Assembly: GCA_012521615.1 (NCBI GenBank) | Contig: JAAYMA010000058.1 | Span: 7,809-71,808, forward strand | DNA: 64,000 bases | Direction: 5' to 3' | Source of the DNA: Clostridiaceae bacterium | GTDB lineage: Bacteria > Bacillota > Clostridia > DSM-8532 | In this document: positions 40,696 through 51,163 of the stretch, in pieces | Numbering within the stretch: position 1 is the first letter of the stretch | Layout of the letters: each line of letters begins with the position of its first letter | Made by a program: the position numbers and the translations under genes | The notes under the pieces: generated by a model | Database searches by the model: none | What the model was told of the DNA's origin: nothing | The model's input: the letters and a program-made list of their open reading frames with translations, nothing else

Positions 40696-42132
40696 TTATT
40701 CCATTAAAGACTTTAATTCCCGGGTCAGTAACCTTTTTATCTGTTCTGGATCACCGTTCCCTTTAAGCTGCGCCATTACTCTGCCCATAAGAAATCCAAA
40801 TGCTTTAGTTTTTCCGGATTTATAGTCGGACACAGCTTTAGGATTATCCTGTACAACTTTTTTTACAATACTTTCAACAAGATTTTCATCCCGTTGAACT
40901 TTAAGTTCCAGCCTTTCAATTAAACTGCCAGGCTCCTCACCTGTTTCACTTACAATATCCAATACTTTTTTTGCTGATGCCTGGGATATCTCTCCCTTAT
41001 CATAATAGACCATCAGCTCACCGAACTTTTGTGCAGTAAGTTTCTGCATTACGTCCTGACCTTTTTCTTTTACCAGTCTTAACAGGTCTGTCAATAACCA
41101 GTTACTGACCAGTTTATAATTACTGCATACTTTTGTAGCCTCTTCAAAAAAATCGGCTATTTTCATGTCTGAAGTAATTATATTGGCATCATAAGCCGGT
41201 ATCTCCAGCTCATTTATATAACGTTTTTTACGTGCGCCAGGAAGTTCAGGGATACTGGCTTTTATATTTTTTATTAAAGTTTTATCAACAACTATTGGAA
41301 CAAGATCAGGCTCAGGAAAGAATCTGTAATCAAGGCTTTCTTCCTTTTCCCTCATAGGATAACTCTCCTGCTTTGAATCATCCCACCGCCTTGTTTCCTG
41401 GACTACTTTCAAACCTTTTTCCAATAGTTCAATCTGGCGTTTTGCTTCTGCCTCGCAGGCACGTTCAACAGCTCTGAATGAATTAAGATTTTTCATCTCA
41501 GTTCTTGTACCTAAAGTCTCCTGCCCTGTCGGACGCACTGAAAGATTGACATCTGCACGGAGAGAGCCCTCCTGCATCTGACAATCACAAACACCTGTAT
41601 ATTCAAGTATTGACTTTATGTTTTCAAACAGCACTCTCGCCTCTTTTGGCGAACGTATATCCGGCCGGGTCACAATCTCTATTAATGGAACACCAGCCCG
41701 GTTATAGTCTATCAATGTCCCCTGACCATTCGGGTCGTGCATCAGTTTACCTGCATCCTCTTCCAAGTGTATGCGTTCTATTCCTATGTTTTTTGTTTGA
41801 CCATCTGCCTCTATTTCCACATAACCATCATAGCAAAGAGGTATATCGTACTGGGAAACCTGATAGGCTTTAGGCATATCGGGATAGAAATAATTTTTCC
41901 TGTCCATTTTACTTACCTCAGAAATCCTGCAATTCATTGCAAGACCTGCTTTTATAGCGTATATAACAGCCTCTTTGTTTAATACAGGGAGTGTTCCCGG
42001 CATACCAAGGCATACAGGACAGCAGTTGGAATTCGGCTCTCCGCCGAATTCATTTTTACATCCGCAGAAGATTTTTGACTTTGTATTAAGCTCAGCATGT
42101 ATCTCTAAACCTATTACTATTTCGTATGGCAT
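40696..42132 (-). CDS. gatB: Asp/Glu-tRNA amidotransferase subunit B
   Basis: MPYEIVIGLEIHAELNTKSKIFCGC... 478 aa, typical GatB. Confidence 0.95.
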   Translation of the reverse strand: MPYEIVIGLEIHAELNTKSKIFCGCKNEFGGEPNSNCCPVCLGMPGTLPVLNKEAVIYAIKAGLAMNCRISEVSKMDRKNYFYPDMPKAYQVSQYDIPLCYDGYVEIEADGQTKNIGIERIHLEEDAGKLMHDPNGQGTLIDYNRAGVPLIEIVTRPDIRSPKEARVLFENIKSILEYTGVCDCQMQEGSLRADVNLSVRPTGQETLGTRTEMKNLNSFRAVERACEAEAKRQIELLEKGLKVVQETRRWDDSKQESYPMREKEESLDYRFFPEPDLVPIVVDKTLIKNIKASIPELPGARKKRYINELEIPAYDANIITSDMKIADFFEEATKVCSNYKLVSNWLLTDLLRLVKEKGQDVMQKLTAQKFGELMVYYDKGEISQASAKKVLDIVSETGEEPGSLIERLELKVQRDENLVESIVKKVVQDNPKAVSDYKSGKTKAFGFLMGRVMAQLKGNGDPEQIKRLLTRELKSLME

Positions 42133-42133
42133 A

Positions 42134-43597
42134 TCAACTCTTCACCCCCGGGATAATTCTTCCGGCTATTTTCTCAATGGCATGCCCTACTTGAAAAAGA
42201 AGCTTTTCACAAAAGGCTTTCCCGATAATCTGCATACCTATTGGAAGTCCCTTGCTGTCAAGTCCCAAAGGTACAGTAAGTGCCGGAAGCCCCGCAAGAT
42301 TTACAGCGGCGGTATATATATCACTAAGATACATTTTAAGAGGATCCTTGCAGTTGTCTCCACCTGCTTTAAATGCAGTTGTTGGATATACCGGAGCCAC
42401 AAGGCAGTCTACTTTCTCCAATATATTCTTAAATTCATCAGAAATCAGCCGTCTTACTTTCAGGGCCTTACTGTATAATTTGTCATTATGACCTGAACTT
42501 AAGGCAAAAGTCCCCAGAATAATTCTTCTTTTAACTTCCTTGCCAAATCCTTCGGATCTGGAGAATTTATAAAGCTCGTCCAGATTTCTGGCATCAGGAT
42601 TTCTGTATCCAAACCTTATCCCGTCATATCTGGCAAGATTAGAGCTTGCTTCAGCTGAAGATATGATATAGTAGCAAGGAACAGTGTGTTTGACTGACGG
42701 CAGGGATACCTCATAAGAACGGGCACCGTGCTGACATAACTCTTCTGCTGCTTTGAATATAGCTTCTTTAATCTCAGGGGCGAAATCTGTATTGAAAAAT
42801 TCCTCGGGCATGCCTATTTTAATACCGTCAACACCCCGGTCAATACCGTCGAGATAATTTTCAAAACCTTTTCTTACTGATACTGAATCCATTGGGTCAT
42901 ATCCTGCAATCTCATTCAATACTATGGCGCAATCAGTTACATCCCTGGTCATTGGTCCTGCCTGATCCAATGATGAGGCAAAGGCTATAAGCCCGTGTCT
43001 TGAAACCAGCCCATATGTCGGCTTAAGACCAACAACTCCGCAAAATGCAGCAGGCTGCCTTATAGAGCCTCCCGTATCCGAAGCCAGAGTAAATCCTGCA
43101 AGATCGGCAGCCAGAGCCGCAGCAGAACCGCCGCTTGAACCTCCTGCAACATATTCTTGATTCCAGGGATTATAGACAGGACCAAAAAAAGAATTTTCTG
43201 ATGAACAGCCCATTCCAAACTCATCCATGTTAAGCTTGCCAAGTATGACTGCTCCTTTTTCCTCCAGCTTATTAACTATGGTTGCCGAATAAGGAGGTAT
43301 AAAATTCTCAAGCATTTTGGAAGCACATGTGGTTCTGATATTTTCTGTGCAGAAATTATCCTTAACAGCATAAGGAATACCGCAAAGAGGTGAAATATTT
43401 TCACCTGAATCTATAAGCTTCTGAGCCTCCTCAGCTTTTCTAAGCGCCTTGTCTTCGCATACAGTAATATAGCAGTTGATTTCTTTATTTTTCCGTTTTA
43501 TATTATCAAGAAAATAGCGGGTTAATTCCACTGCCCCTATTTCCCTGTTTATCAGCATTTTGTTTATTTCTTTTATAGTTCTGCTGTAAATATTCAT
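42134..43597 (-). CDS. gatA: Asp/Glu-tRNA amidotransferase subunit A
   Basis: Amidase signature GGSSGGSAAALA. 487 aa. Confidence 0.95.
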   Translation of the reverse strand: MNIYSRTIKEINKMLINREIGAVELTRYFLDNIKRKNKEINCYITVCEDKALRKAEEAQKLIDSGENISPLCGIPYAVKDNFCTENIRTTCASKMLENFIPPYSATIVNKLEEKGAVILGKLNMDEFGMGCSSENSFFGPVYNPWNQEYVAGGSSGGSAAALAADLAGFTLASDTGGSIRQPAAFCGVVGLKPTYGLVSRHGLIAFASSLDQAGPMTRDVTDCAIVLNEIAGYDPMDSVSVRKGFENYLDGIDRGVDGIKIGMPEEFFNTDFAPEIKEAIFKAAEELCQHGARSYEVSLPSVKHTVPCYYIISSAEASSNLARYDGIRFGYRNPDARNLDELYKFSRSEGFGKEVKRRIILGTFALSSGHNDKLYSKALKVRRLISDEFKNILEKVDCLVAPVYPTTAFKAGGDNCKDPLKMYLSDIYTAAVNLAGLPALTVPLGLDSKGLPIGMQIIGKAFCEKLLFQVGHAIEKIAGRIIPGVKS

Positions 43598-43884
43598 ATT
43601 TGTTCCACCACATTCGGTACAATATAATAATTATTTTTTGTAACGGCTGCAGATTTCAGCAAGTCCTCTCTTCTGTCTGTATTGGTGACCTCATCTTCAC
43701 GAAATGCATTTGTGACAGAAACTATATGTTCCATTGGAGCAATATTTCCGGTGTCGATCAAAGATAATTGCTCCATATATCCGATAATGGCATCAAGATC
43801 CCTGGCATACTCTTCAAGCTCATTTTCTTCTATAGATAATGCAGCAAGGTCTGCTACTTTTTTTACCGTATCAATATCTGCCAT
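43594..43884 (-). CDS. gatC: Asp/Glu-tRNA amidotransferase subunit C
   Basis: MADIDTVKKVADLAALSIEENELEEY... The ATG at 43884 has GGAGG 9 nt upstream. ORF track starts at 43917. Confidence 0.9.
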   Translation of the reverse strand: MADIDTVKKVADLAALSIEENELEEYARDLDAIIGYMEQLSLIDTGNIAPMEHIVSVTNAFREDEVTNTDRREDLLKSAAVTKNNYYIVPNVVEQI

Positions 43885-44265
43885 ATTACAGCACCTCCAT
43901 TTAACATAATAGCACAAGTAAAATGCTCTATACTTATTGTTCCTTATTTTTTCAAAGTAATTTTATACTAACCCAAAAAGAAAAACTACTTACATATAAA
44001 ATTAAATTATATCATTCAAACCGAAATGAAAAAGTTCCATGAAATGATCGGTATATATAATATCCCAATGAATATCCAATTTTTATATTTATTGCAAATT
44101 AATAATATGTTTGAGCCATAGCCGTTGACGGTAAAGAGGGATATCTTGCAGAAAGCGTTTTCAATGACAAGCCACATGTTTTCAAGTTTTTGATGCATTG
44201 AATTTTAAAAATAAAGGTAATGAGTGTTTTAAATCAGTATTCGAATAGTAAAATGGGCAGAGTGT

Positions 44266-44304
44266 ATAAAAAGGCGCTTTAAGCGAAGGCAGACTTAAAG
44301 CGCC
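44266..44304 (-). terminator. Intrinsic terminator about 120 nt downstream of rlmB
   Basis: Perfect 11-bp stem GGCGCTTTAAG/CTTAAAGCGCC with a 10-nt loop, followed by TTTTTAT only in minus sense. Confidence 0.8.
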
Positions 44305-44380
44305 AGCTGGAGGAGTGATAAAATGGGGCTATACGTCCATTGGGACCTGGCGGTAGCAAGATCTTACAGATCTTGTCCCC
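44266..44380 (-). ncRNA. Candidate small RNA or structured 3' UTR (about 115 nt)
   Basis: Promoter-like TTGTCC, 18 nt, TATGAT (44414..44385). Then GGGG...CCCC closes two hairpins (CAAGATC-TGTAA-GATCTTG and GTCC-CAAT-GGAC), followed by a single-stranded CACUCCUCC stretch and the terminator. Confidence 0.3.
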
Positions 44381-44420
44381 TTATATCATATGCCTTGTAC
44401 AATAAATTGGACAATTAGAT

Positions 44421-45296
44421 TCATGTATTTTTTGCAGTTTCTCTCTGCTTTGCAATTTCAAACATTATAAGAGCAGCTGCAACTCCTGCATTCAGAGAAG
44501 AGATTTTGCCTTTCATAGGAATACGGACTATAAAATCACATTCATTCTTAATAAGCCTTGACATGCCTTCCCCCTCACTGCCGATAACCAGTGCGCAGGG
44601 CCCTTTAAGATCTGTTTCATAATAGATGCTCTGTCCATCCATGTCCGAACCTATTACCCAGACTCCTCTTTTTTTAAGGTCACGCAGTGTCTGGGCAAGG
44701 TTTGATACCCTCGCCACCATTACATATTCAAGAGCACCGGTTGCAACCTTTGCAACCGTAGCATTCAATGTTGCAGATCGGCGTTTGGGGATAATAATAC
44801 CATGTACACCTGCACATTCAGCACTTCTTATAATCGAACCCAAATTATTGGTATCAGTTATTTCGTCCAATACCAGCAAAAATGGCGGTTCACCCAGTTC
44901 TTCTGCTTTTGACAGAATATCTTCAACTTCCACGTATTCCTTTGCAGCAACTTCCAGAATTACACCCTGATGTACCCGGGTCTGGGACATGGTATCAAGC
45001 TTGAAGCGTTCAAGATACTGGATCGGGACATTTTTTTCCCGTGCCATGGCAATGATTCTTAAAAGGAACTGATCTTTGGTTCCTTTTTCCACAAATAGCT
45101 TATTTAACGGGCGTCCGGACCTTATTGCCTCAAAAACGGCATTCCTGCCCTCTATTCTGTCTTCCCTCTCGGTTTCAATATCAGAACTTATATGTCTGAA
45201 CTTATGCAGTTTAGCCTCGTTTTTAGGCGATACACTACTTTTTGCAGCTTTGTTTTTAGTGACTCTGTTTATTGGTGTCCTGTTCTTCTTTTTCAT
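44421..45296 (-). CDS. rlmB: 23S rRNA (guanosine-2'-O)-methyltransferase, TrmH/SpoU family (RlmB/YacO-like)
   Basis: SpoU methylase motifs (LVLDEITDTNNLGSIIRSAE, LVIGSEGEGM, IPMKGKISSLNAGVAA). Lys-rich N-terminal extension. Follows mrnC, as in Bacillus. Confidence 0.85.
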   Translation of the reverse strand: MKKKNRTPINRVTKNKAAKSSVSPKNEAKLHKFRHISSDIETEREDRIEGRNAVFEAIRSGRPLNKLFVEKGTKDQFLLRIIAMAREKNVPIQYLERFKLDTMSQTRVHQGVILEVAAKEYVEVEDILSKAEELGEPPFLLVLDEITDTNNLGSIIRSAECAGVHGIIIPKRRSATLNATVAKVATGALEYVMVARVSNLAQTLRDLKKRGVWVIGSDMDGQSIYYETDLKGPCALVIGSEGEGMSRLIKNECDFIVRIPMKGKISSLNAGVAAALIMFEIAKQRETAKNT

Positions 45297-45711
45297 TCTT
45301 TATCGACCCTTCTTCCTGAGTTTCGATTATTAAAGCAGCCTGTTCCATAAGATACTTAAGCCGGTCATGCTGATTGGTCAGATATAAAAAACCCAGTACG
45401 GTTTCAAAAGCCGTTGCATATTTATAATCCTGAATCTCTGCATGTTTTGGTACAGTTGTTGATTTTGTGTTCCTGCCCCTTCTAAAATAATAGGCTTCCT
45501 CCTCTGTAAAGAGCTTATGCAGGTTTTTTGAAATAAAGGCCTGAGAAGAAGCCTTCACATAGTCTGTTGCATATATATGAAGATCATGCGAGGTCCCTTT
45601 TCTGTTCTTTATCAGTCTTTCCCTGATAAAAAGATCAAATACCGCATCGCCCATATAGGCAAGAACAGATGGCTGCATAAATCTGACTTCCTGGTTATTT
45701 TTAAATGGCAA
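45256..45711 (-). CDS. mrnC: Mini-ribonuclease 3
   Basis: The LAYMGDAVFDLFIRERL motif fits the Mini-III family. TTG start at 45711 with GGAGTGA 7 nt upstream. Confidence 0.85.
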   Translation of the reverse strand: MPFKNNQEVRFMQPSVLAYMGDAVFDLFIRERLIKNRKGTSHDLHIYATDYVKASSQAFISKNLHKLFTEEEAYYFRRGRNTKSTTVPKHAEIQDYKYATAFETVLGFLYLTNQHDRLKYLMEQAALIIETQEEGSIKNEKEEQDTNKQSH

Positions 45712-45787
45712 ACTATCATCACTCCAATAAAAAAATAATAACTATAATATATTCTAATCTAATTCTTAATTTAAATAAATTTGTAAA

Positions 45788-45821
45788 ACAAAAAATTTAA
45801 GACAGGGAACCGACCCCTGTC
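45788..45821 (-). terminator. Intrinsic terminator after the hypothetical membrane protein gene
   Basis: Minus sense: GACAGGG-GTCGGTT-CCCTGTC followed by TTAAATTTTTTG. Confidence 0.6.
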
Positions 45822-45834
45822 CTACTCTGTCCTG

Positions 45835-46203
45835 TTATTTTACCCTTATGAATGGTAACAGATCATTCCATCCCACAAGCAGTGAAAACAGCATATGCAG
45901 CAATAGAATTGAAACAGGAAAGAAAATTAAATATTTCAAGGTTTGGTTAGTCTTCATGTTGAGAGATAAGGTGGGAAGCAGTACAATCAGCAATACAGGC
46001 ACAATATACAATACATAATCAGGAAGATTTAATTGCCTGCCAAAACGTGCTATTATGAAACTTCCGTATACTGTAACAACGCCTATTAAATTTATACGAA
46101 AGGATTTGGTTTTATAGACAGATCCCAAAACAATCCTTATAATGCATAAGAACACAAAATACGCTGCCACAGCCAGTATAATAAACCTAAGGGTCTGATT
46201 CAT
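45835..46203 (-). CDS. Hypothetical integral membrane protein (4 TM)
   Basis: 122 aa and hydrophobic throughout. No recognisable family. Confidence 0.5.
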   Translation of the reverse strand: MNQTLRFIILAVAAYFVFLCIIRIVLGSVYKTKSFRINLIGVVTVYGSFIIARFGRQLNLPDYVLYIVPVLLIVLLPTLSLNMKTNQTLKYLIFFPVSILLLHMLFSLLVGWNDLLPFIRVK

Positions 46204-46252
46204 ACTTCTCCCCCTTAACTGTCAGGACTTAGAGGTAACACCCCCTAAGTTC

Positions 46253-48691
46253 CTACCTGACAACAATATTTATAAGCCGTCCTTTTACAACTATTACCTT
46301 TACCACATTCTTACCATCGATATATGGTTTTGAACGTTCATCGGCAAGAACAATTTCTTCGATGGTCTTATTATCAGCATCAGTGGGTACATTAATTCTG
46401 TATCTAATTTGCCCGTTAAACTGAACGGCAATTTCCACCTCGTCTTTTACCAGAGCCTTTTGGTCATACTCAGGCCATTTTTCATTAAATATTGAGAAGT
46501 TTTGACCAAGCTGTTCCCACATTTCCTCGGCAAAATGAGGTGCAAATGGAGACAATAGCTTAATGCAGTCCAAAATTGTTTCCTTCATAAACTTACGATT
46601 CTTCTTTTCAAGGGCATCATATTTATATAAAGCATTTACAAGCTCCATGATTCTTGCAATTGCAGTATTGAACTGGAACTTCTCAGTATCATGGGTAACA
46701 CTTTTGATAGTATTGTGTCTTACAAAATTTAATTCCTTCTCATCTGAGCCCATATTGTCAAAAGATTGTTCATTTTCTTCTGACACAAACTTTTCAACAA
46801 GTCTTTCAACACGTCCAATGAAGCGGTCTATTGCCTTAATTCCTTCATCGCTCCAGGGACCGCCCTCTACATATGAAAATCCGAATGCAAGATACATTCT
46901 GAATACATCAGACCCGTATTTTTCAATGTATTCATCAGGCAGTACAGTATTTCCTCTGGATTTGGACATCTTTTGACCGTCCGCACCCAGAATTACACCC
47001 TGATGTACCAGTGAGAGGAAAGGCTCGTCAAAGTCCAGATAGCCCATATCCCTCAATGCCTTTGTGATGAAACGTGAATAAAGAAGATGCATGGCGGCAT
47101 GTTCTGCTCCGCCCACATACTTGTCAACCGGCAGAAGCTTATTGATCAAATCTTTATTAAATGGCTCCTTATCATTCCTGTTATCAGGATACCTTAAGAA
47201 ATACCAGCTTGAATCAACAAAAGTATCAAGTGTATCCGAATCTCTTTTTGCAGGTCCTCCACAGGAAGGACAAACTGTATTTATAAATTCCTCGCATTTT
47301 GCCAGCGGGGATTCACCATCAGGTTTAAATTCAACATTATAAGGAAGCTCGACAGGAAGCTGATCCTCCGGTACAGGAACAACTCCGCATTTATCACAGT
47401 ATATAATCGGAATGGGTGTGCCCCAATAACGCTGCCTTGACACCAGCCAGTCACGAAGACGATAGGTTATTCTGAATTCTCCCTTATTTTCCTGCTCAAG
47501 TTTCTTTACAATTGATTTTCTTGCCTCTTCAGATGCAACACCGTCAAATTCCTGACTGTTGACTAAAATTCCATCTTCGGTGTAAGGAAGTTCGTCATTT
47601 CCTTCAGCACCTTTTATAACACGAACTATATCCAGGTTATATTTAGTGGCAAACTCAAAATCCCGTTCATCATGAGCAGGAACGGCCATAACACAGCCTG
47701 TACCGTATCCTGCCAGTACATAATCAGCGATCCATATCGGAACCCTTTTGCCAGTAAGGGGATGAATGGCAAAACTTCCTGTAAAGACCCCTGTTTTTTC
47801 ACGGGTGGTAGACAAGCGGTCAATTTCAGTAACTTTCTTGACCTGTTCCCGATATTCTTCAACCTGCTTACGGCATTCAGGAGTAGTAATCTCATCAACA
47901 ATCTCATTTTCAGGGGCAAGAACTACATAGGTAACACCATAAAGAGTGTCGGCCCTTGTAGTAAAAACTCTGAAAGTTATATCCTTACCTTCAACCTTAA
48001 ATTCTATTTCAGCGCCCTCAGACCTGCCAATCCAGTTGGTCTGTATCTTTTTAGTTTTTTCAGGCCAGTCAAGATCGGGAAGACAGTCCAATAATTCCTG
48101 GGCATAGTCAGTAATTTTAAAGAACCACTGGGTAAGATTTTTCTTGGTAACTTCCGAGCTGCAGCGCTCACATTCCCCATCAATCACCTGTTCATTTGCA
48201 AGAACGGTGTTACAGCTGGGACACCAGTTGACAGGCGCTTTTTTCCTGTAGGCAAGTCCACGTTTGTATAATTGCAAAAACAGCCATTGATTCCATTTAT
48301 AATATTCGGGGGTACAGGTAATGACTTCATAATCCCAGTCAAATGTAGCTCCCATTTCTTTCAGCTGTTTTTTCATTGTATCAATATTGCTGAATGTCGA
48401 ATCCTTGGGGTGAATACCAGTTTTAATGGCATAGTTCTCAGCAGGCAGTCCAAAGGCATCAAAGCCCTGTGGATGAAATACATTATAGCCCTGCATTCTC
48501 TTCATTCTTGCCCATGAATCTGTAAGACCGAAATTGTACCAATGACCAACATGGAGTTTTGCTCCTGATGGATATGAAAACATTTCAAGACAATAAAGTT
48601 TTTTATCTAAATTCTTACGGTCGAACTTATATATTCCGCTCTCTTCCCATTTTTTCTGCCACTTTTTGTCTGTCTTAGTTGAATAACTCAT
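46253..48691 (-). CDS. leuS: Leucine--tRNA ligase
   Basis: [17 protein letters not shown]..., HVGH (HIGH) and KMSKS motifs. The ATG at 48691 has GGAGG 8 nt upstream. Confidence 0.95.
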   Translation of the reverse strand: MSYSTKTDKKWQKKWEESGIYKFDRKNLDKKLYCLEMFSYPSGAKLHVGHWYNFGLTDSWARMKRMQGYNVFHPQGFDAFGLPAENYAIKTGIHPKDSTFSNIDTMKKQLKEMGATFDWDYEVITCTPEYYKWNQWLFLQLYKRGLAYRKKAPVNWCPSCNTVLANEQVIDGECERCSSEVTKKNLTQWFFKITDYAQELLDCLPDLDWPEKTKKIQTNWIGRSEGAEIEFKVEGKDITFRVFTTRADTLYGVTYVVLAPENEIVDEITTPECRKQVEEYREQVKKVTEIDRLSTTREKTGVFTGSFAIHPLTGKRVPIWIADYVLAGYGTGCVMAVPAHDERDFEFATKYNLDIVRVIKGAEGNDELPYTEDGILVNSQEFDGVASEEARKSIVKKLEQENKGEFRITYRLRDWLVSRQRYWGTPIPIIYCDKCGVVPVPEDQLPVELPYNVEFKPDGESPLAKCEEFINTVCPSCGGPAKRDSDTLDTFVDSSWYFLRYPDNRNDKEPFNKDLINKLLPVDKYVGGAEHAAMHLLYSRFITKALRDMGYLDFDEPFLSLVHQGVILGADGQKMSKSRGNTVLPDEYIEKYGSDVFRMYLAFGFSYVEGGPWSDEGIKAIDRFIGRVERLVEKFVSEENEQSFDNMGSDEKELNFVRHNTIKSVTHDTEKFQFNTAIARIMELVNALYKYDALEKKNRKFMKETILDCIKLLSPFAPHFAEEMWEQLGQNFSIFNEKWPEYDQKALVKDEVEIAVQFNGQIRYRINVPTDADNKTIEEIVLADERSKPYIDGKNVVKVIVVKGRLINIVVR

Positions 48692-48730
48692 TATAACAAC
48701 CTCCAAAACACCAACTGTATTTATATATGT

Positions 48731-49087
48731 TTAATTTTCCTCTACATCAATATAAACCTCTTGTCCATCCTGCCATAACCGTTCAAGATCATAGTAGGCT
48801 CTGTCTTCTTCATGGAAGATATGAATTACTATATCATTATAATCCATAAGTATCCATCTCGCACTATTATACCCTTCAATTTTAAGCGGATAAACTTCTG
48901 TTTCCGACAATTTTTCTTCTACGTTATCTGCCAGCGATTTGACATGAAGAGCCGAGGTTCCGCTGGCGATTACAAAATAGCTGGCTATGGCAGTAAGTTT
49001 ACTTATGTCAATAACCTTAATATCTTTTGCCTTTTTATCGCTTAATACCTTTACAGCAGTAGTTAAAATGTTTTGGCTTTTTTCCAT
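48731..49087 (-). CDS. rsfS: Ribosome silencing factor RsfS
   Basis: Iojap-like sequence (ASYFVIASGTS..HV..L...V; WILMDYNDIVIHIF). The internal ATG at 49087 gives a typical length of about 118 aa. Confidence 0.85.
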   Translation of the reverse strand: MEKSQNILTTAVKVLSDKKAKDIKVIDISKLTAIASYFVIASGTSALHVKSLADNVEEKLSETEVYPLKIEGYNSARWILMDYNDIVIHIFHEEDRAYYDLERLWQDGQEVYIDVEEN

Positions 49088-49241
49088 TCCCTGAATAATC
49101 CTTCCTTTCAATTCTATAATATCTGTTTGATCAAATAATCGACAGTATTTCTTTACAGTATTATAGCCATAAAAATATCCAATACACAATTCCTGATATT
49201 CTGATTAAAACCTGAAATACTTTTTATGTAAAGACCAGAGT

Positions 49242-50270
49242 TTAAATCATACCCAATATTCTGAGTATTTCATAACCCAGACTGTTATCAAGAAGCGTAA
49301 GACCCAAAGAGGTATAAACTACGGCTATCAGTACAAGTCCCGGGATACCAGCCATAAGTCCTTTTGCAGATCCTTTTATTTTTTCGGGTTTTTCTGCAGT
49401 TTTATTTGTTGTAGCTCTTACCACAAGCAGCAGACCAAATATAACTATAAGACTGAATACAAGAACAACGGCAAAAAGAGCACCTATGTATATCAAAAAC
49501 TGTTCGAGGGATAAGCCAAATTCCTGTGCCCCCAGAATAAATTCCTGAGTCGCGAAAGGATCTTCCACAACCTGGGTGGTGCCTCCATCCATTCTGACGG
49601 CAAGATTTGAAATCAGCGTCAACAGAGCATTGTTCATAAAATGAAGAATCATACCATTAAAGATTGATCCAGTACGATATACCACATAAGCTGCTATAGT
49701 CCCTATCAGTGTCTGGGCAGCCAAACGCTGGAAATCAAAATGGAAAAGACCGAACAAGAGTCCGCTAAGCAGTATTCCCCAACCTGCACCCATTCTTTCA
49801 AGCCCTCTTTGGATCATTCCCCTGAAAAGAATCTCCTCACAAACTGCAGGCACAACTGCCACTATAAAAATAGATATCCATAAATTATTTGACATCAGCG
49901 ATGCTATATCGCCTGCAAGATAGACACGCCCAAAAACGAGTTTTATAATAAGCAGGGCCAGAAATCCCGAACAAAAACCTGCAATTATCATAACAGGGCT
50001 TATTACCAGCATAAGAAATACTTCCAAAGGTTTTGGCGCCTTTAGACGAAAGGTTTTTTTGATATCATAACGTTTTATTAAAGCCAGAATTATTGGCGGA
50101 ACTGCAAAGAAAAGGACCTCTGACAAGACAAGATTGAGCTCATTTTTTAAATTTAATTTATAAAGCAGCTGAGAAACATAAACATAATAGATGGCTGAAA
50201 TTGTATACATTATCCCCGCATCGAGGGGAATGGGCAGTTTTTGTTTTTCATTTATCCTGTTTATTTCCAT
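49242..50270 (-). CDS. CPBP family intramembrane glutamic endopeptidase (CAAX protease-like)
   Basis: EEILFRG, FGLFH and HFMNN motifs in a polytopic protein. Confidence 0.8.
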   Translation of the reverse strand: MEINRINEKQKLPIPLDAGIMYTISAIYYVYVSQLLYKLNLKNELNLVLSEVLFFAVPPIILALIKRYDIKKTFRLKAPKPLEVFLMLVISPVMIIAGFCSGFLALLIIKLVFGRVYLAGDIASLMSNNLWISIFIVAVVPAVCEEILFRGMIQRGLERMGAGWGILLSGLLFGLFHFDFQRLAAQTLIGTIAAYVVYRTGSIFNGMILHFMNNALLTLISNLAVRMDGGTTQVVEDPFATQEFILGAQEFGLSLEQFLIYIGALFAVVLVFSLIVIFGLLLVVRATTNKTAEKPEKIKGSAKGLMAGIPGLVLIAVVYTSLGLTLLDNSLGYEILRILGMI

Positions 50271-50362
50271 AACGCTTCCTCATAATATTTTTTTGATGCA
50301 CTAATATCACCATTATAGCATTATTTTCAATTATATGGGAAGCAAGAATGCCAAAACCTTAA

Positions 50363-51163
50363 TCAATCAAGTTGGCTGTGGGCTTCTTTAACTGTGCCTT
50401 CTACGTCAATGTCAGCTTGATCTGCATTTTCGCTATTTATCAGATACAGCAGATACTCAATATTTCCTTCCGGACCCTTAATGGGAGAATACGAAAGCCC
50501 CAGCACAGAAAAACCGAGGTTGACGGCTTCCTTAATAACATTATTGATTACTTCTTCATGCACCGATGGATCCCTTACAACGCCCTTTTTCCCGACCTTT
50601 TCCCTTCCTGCTTCAAACTGGGGTTTTATAAGGCAGACTACCCTGCCCTCAGGCTTCAAAAGGCTTTTTAAAGGCGGAAGAATCAATTTGAGTGAGATAA
50701 ATGAGACATCCACCGCACCGAAATCCAGTTCTTCATTAATATCACCTTTGGTAACATATCGAAAATTAGTTCTCTCCATACAAATTACCCTGGGATCATT
50801 CCTCAGTTCCCAGGCAAGCTGACCGTAGCCGACATCAACTGCATAGACTTTTTTTGCACCGTTTTGAAGCATAACATCAGTAAAACCGCCGGTAGATGCC
50901 CCTACATCAACACAGATACAATCTTTAAGCGAAATATTAAATGCCTCTACAGCCTTCTCCAGTTTTAACCCACCGCGACTGACATATCTGTTGGGATTTC
51001 CTTTAACTTCAATATGGGAATTCACATCATGCTGTGAACCGGGTTTGTCATGACGCTCACCGTCTATAAAAACAAGACCCGCCATAATGGCTCTTTTCGC
51101 TTTTTCGCGACTGTCGAAAAAGCCTTTTGAAACAAGCAGTACATCAAGCCTTTCTTTTGACAT
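50363..51163 (-). CDS. tlyA: TlyA family rRNA (cytidine-2'-O)-methyltransferase
   Basis: S4 domain (RLDVLLVSKGFFDSREKAKRAI) plus an FtsJ-like methyltransferase domain (DVGASTGGFTD). Its start overlaps the dxs stop. Confidence 0.9.
   Translation of the reverse strand: MSKERLDVLLVSKGFFDSREKAKRAIMAGLVFIDGERHDKPGSQHDVNSHIEVKGNPNRYVSRGGLKLEKAVEAFNISLKDCICVDVGASTGGFTDVMLQNGAKKVYAVDVGYGQLAWELRNDPRVICMERTNFRYVTKGDINEELDFGAVDVSFISLKLILPPLKSLLKPEGRVVCLIKPQFEAGREKVGKKGVVRDPSVHEEVINNVIKEAVNLGFSVLGLSYSPIKGPEGNIEYLLYLINSENADQADIDVEGTVKEAHSQLD

Noticed and set aside
44016-44198. 60-aa minus-strand ORF in the rlmB-gatC intergenic region
   Set aside because: No SD before the ATG and an AT-rich, low-complexity hydrophobic translation. 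It lies downstream of a strong terminator and upstream of the gatC promoter-like extended -10 element. Judged spurious.
43885-44265. Possible T-box leader upstream of gatCAB (Asn/Gln T-boxes are known for such operons in some clostridia); the same check was made upstream of trpS (559-677) and leuS/rsfS
   Set aside because: No T-box sequence (AANNNGGGTGGNACCNCG-like) or specifier/antiterminator architecture is visible. The trpS leader is only 119 nt, and leuS directly follows rsfS.
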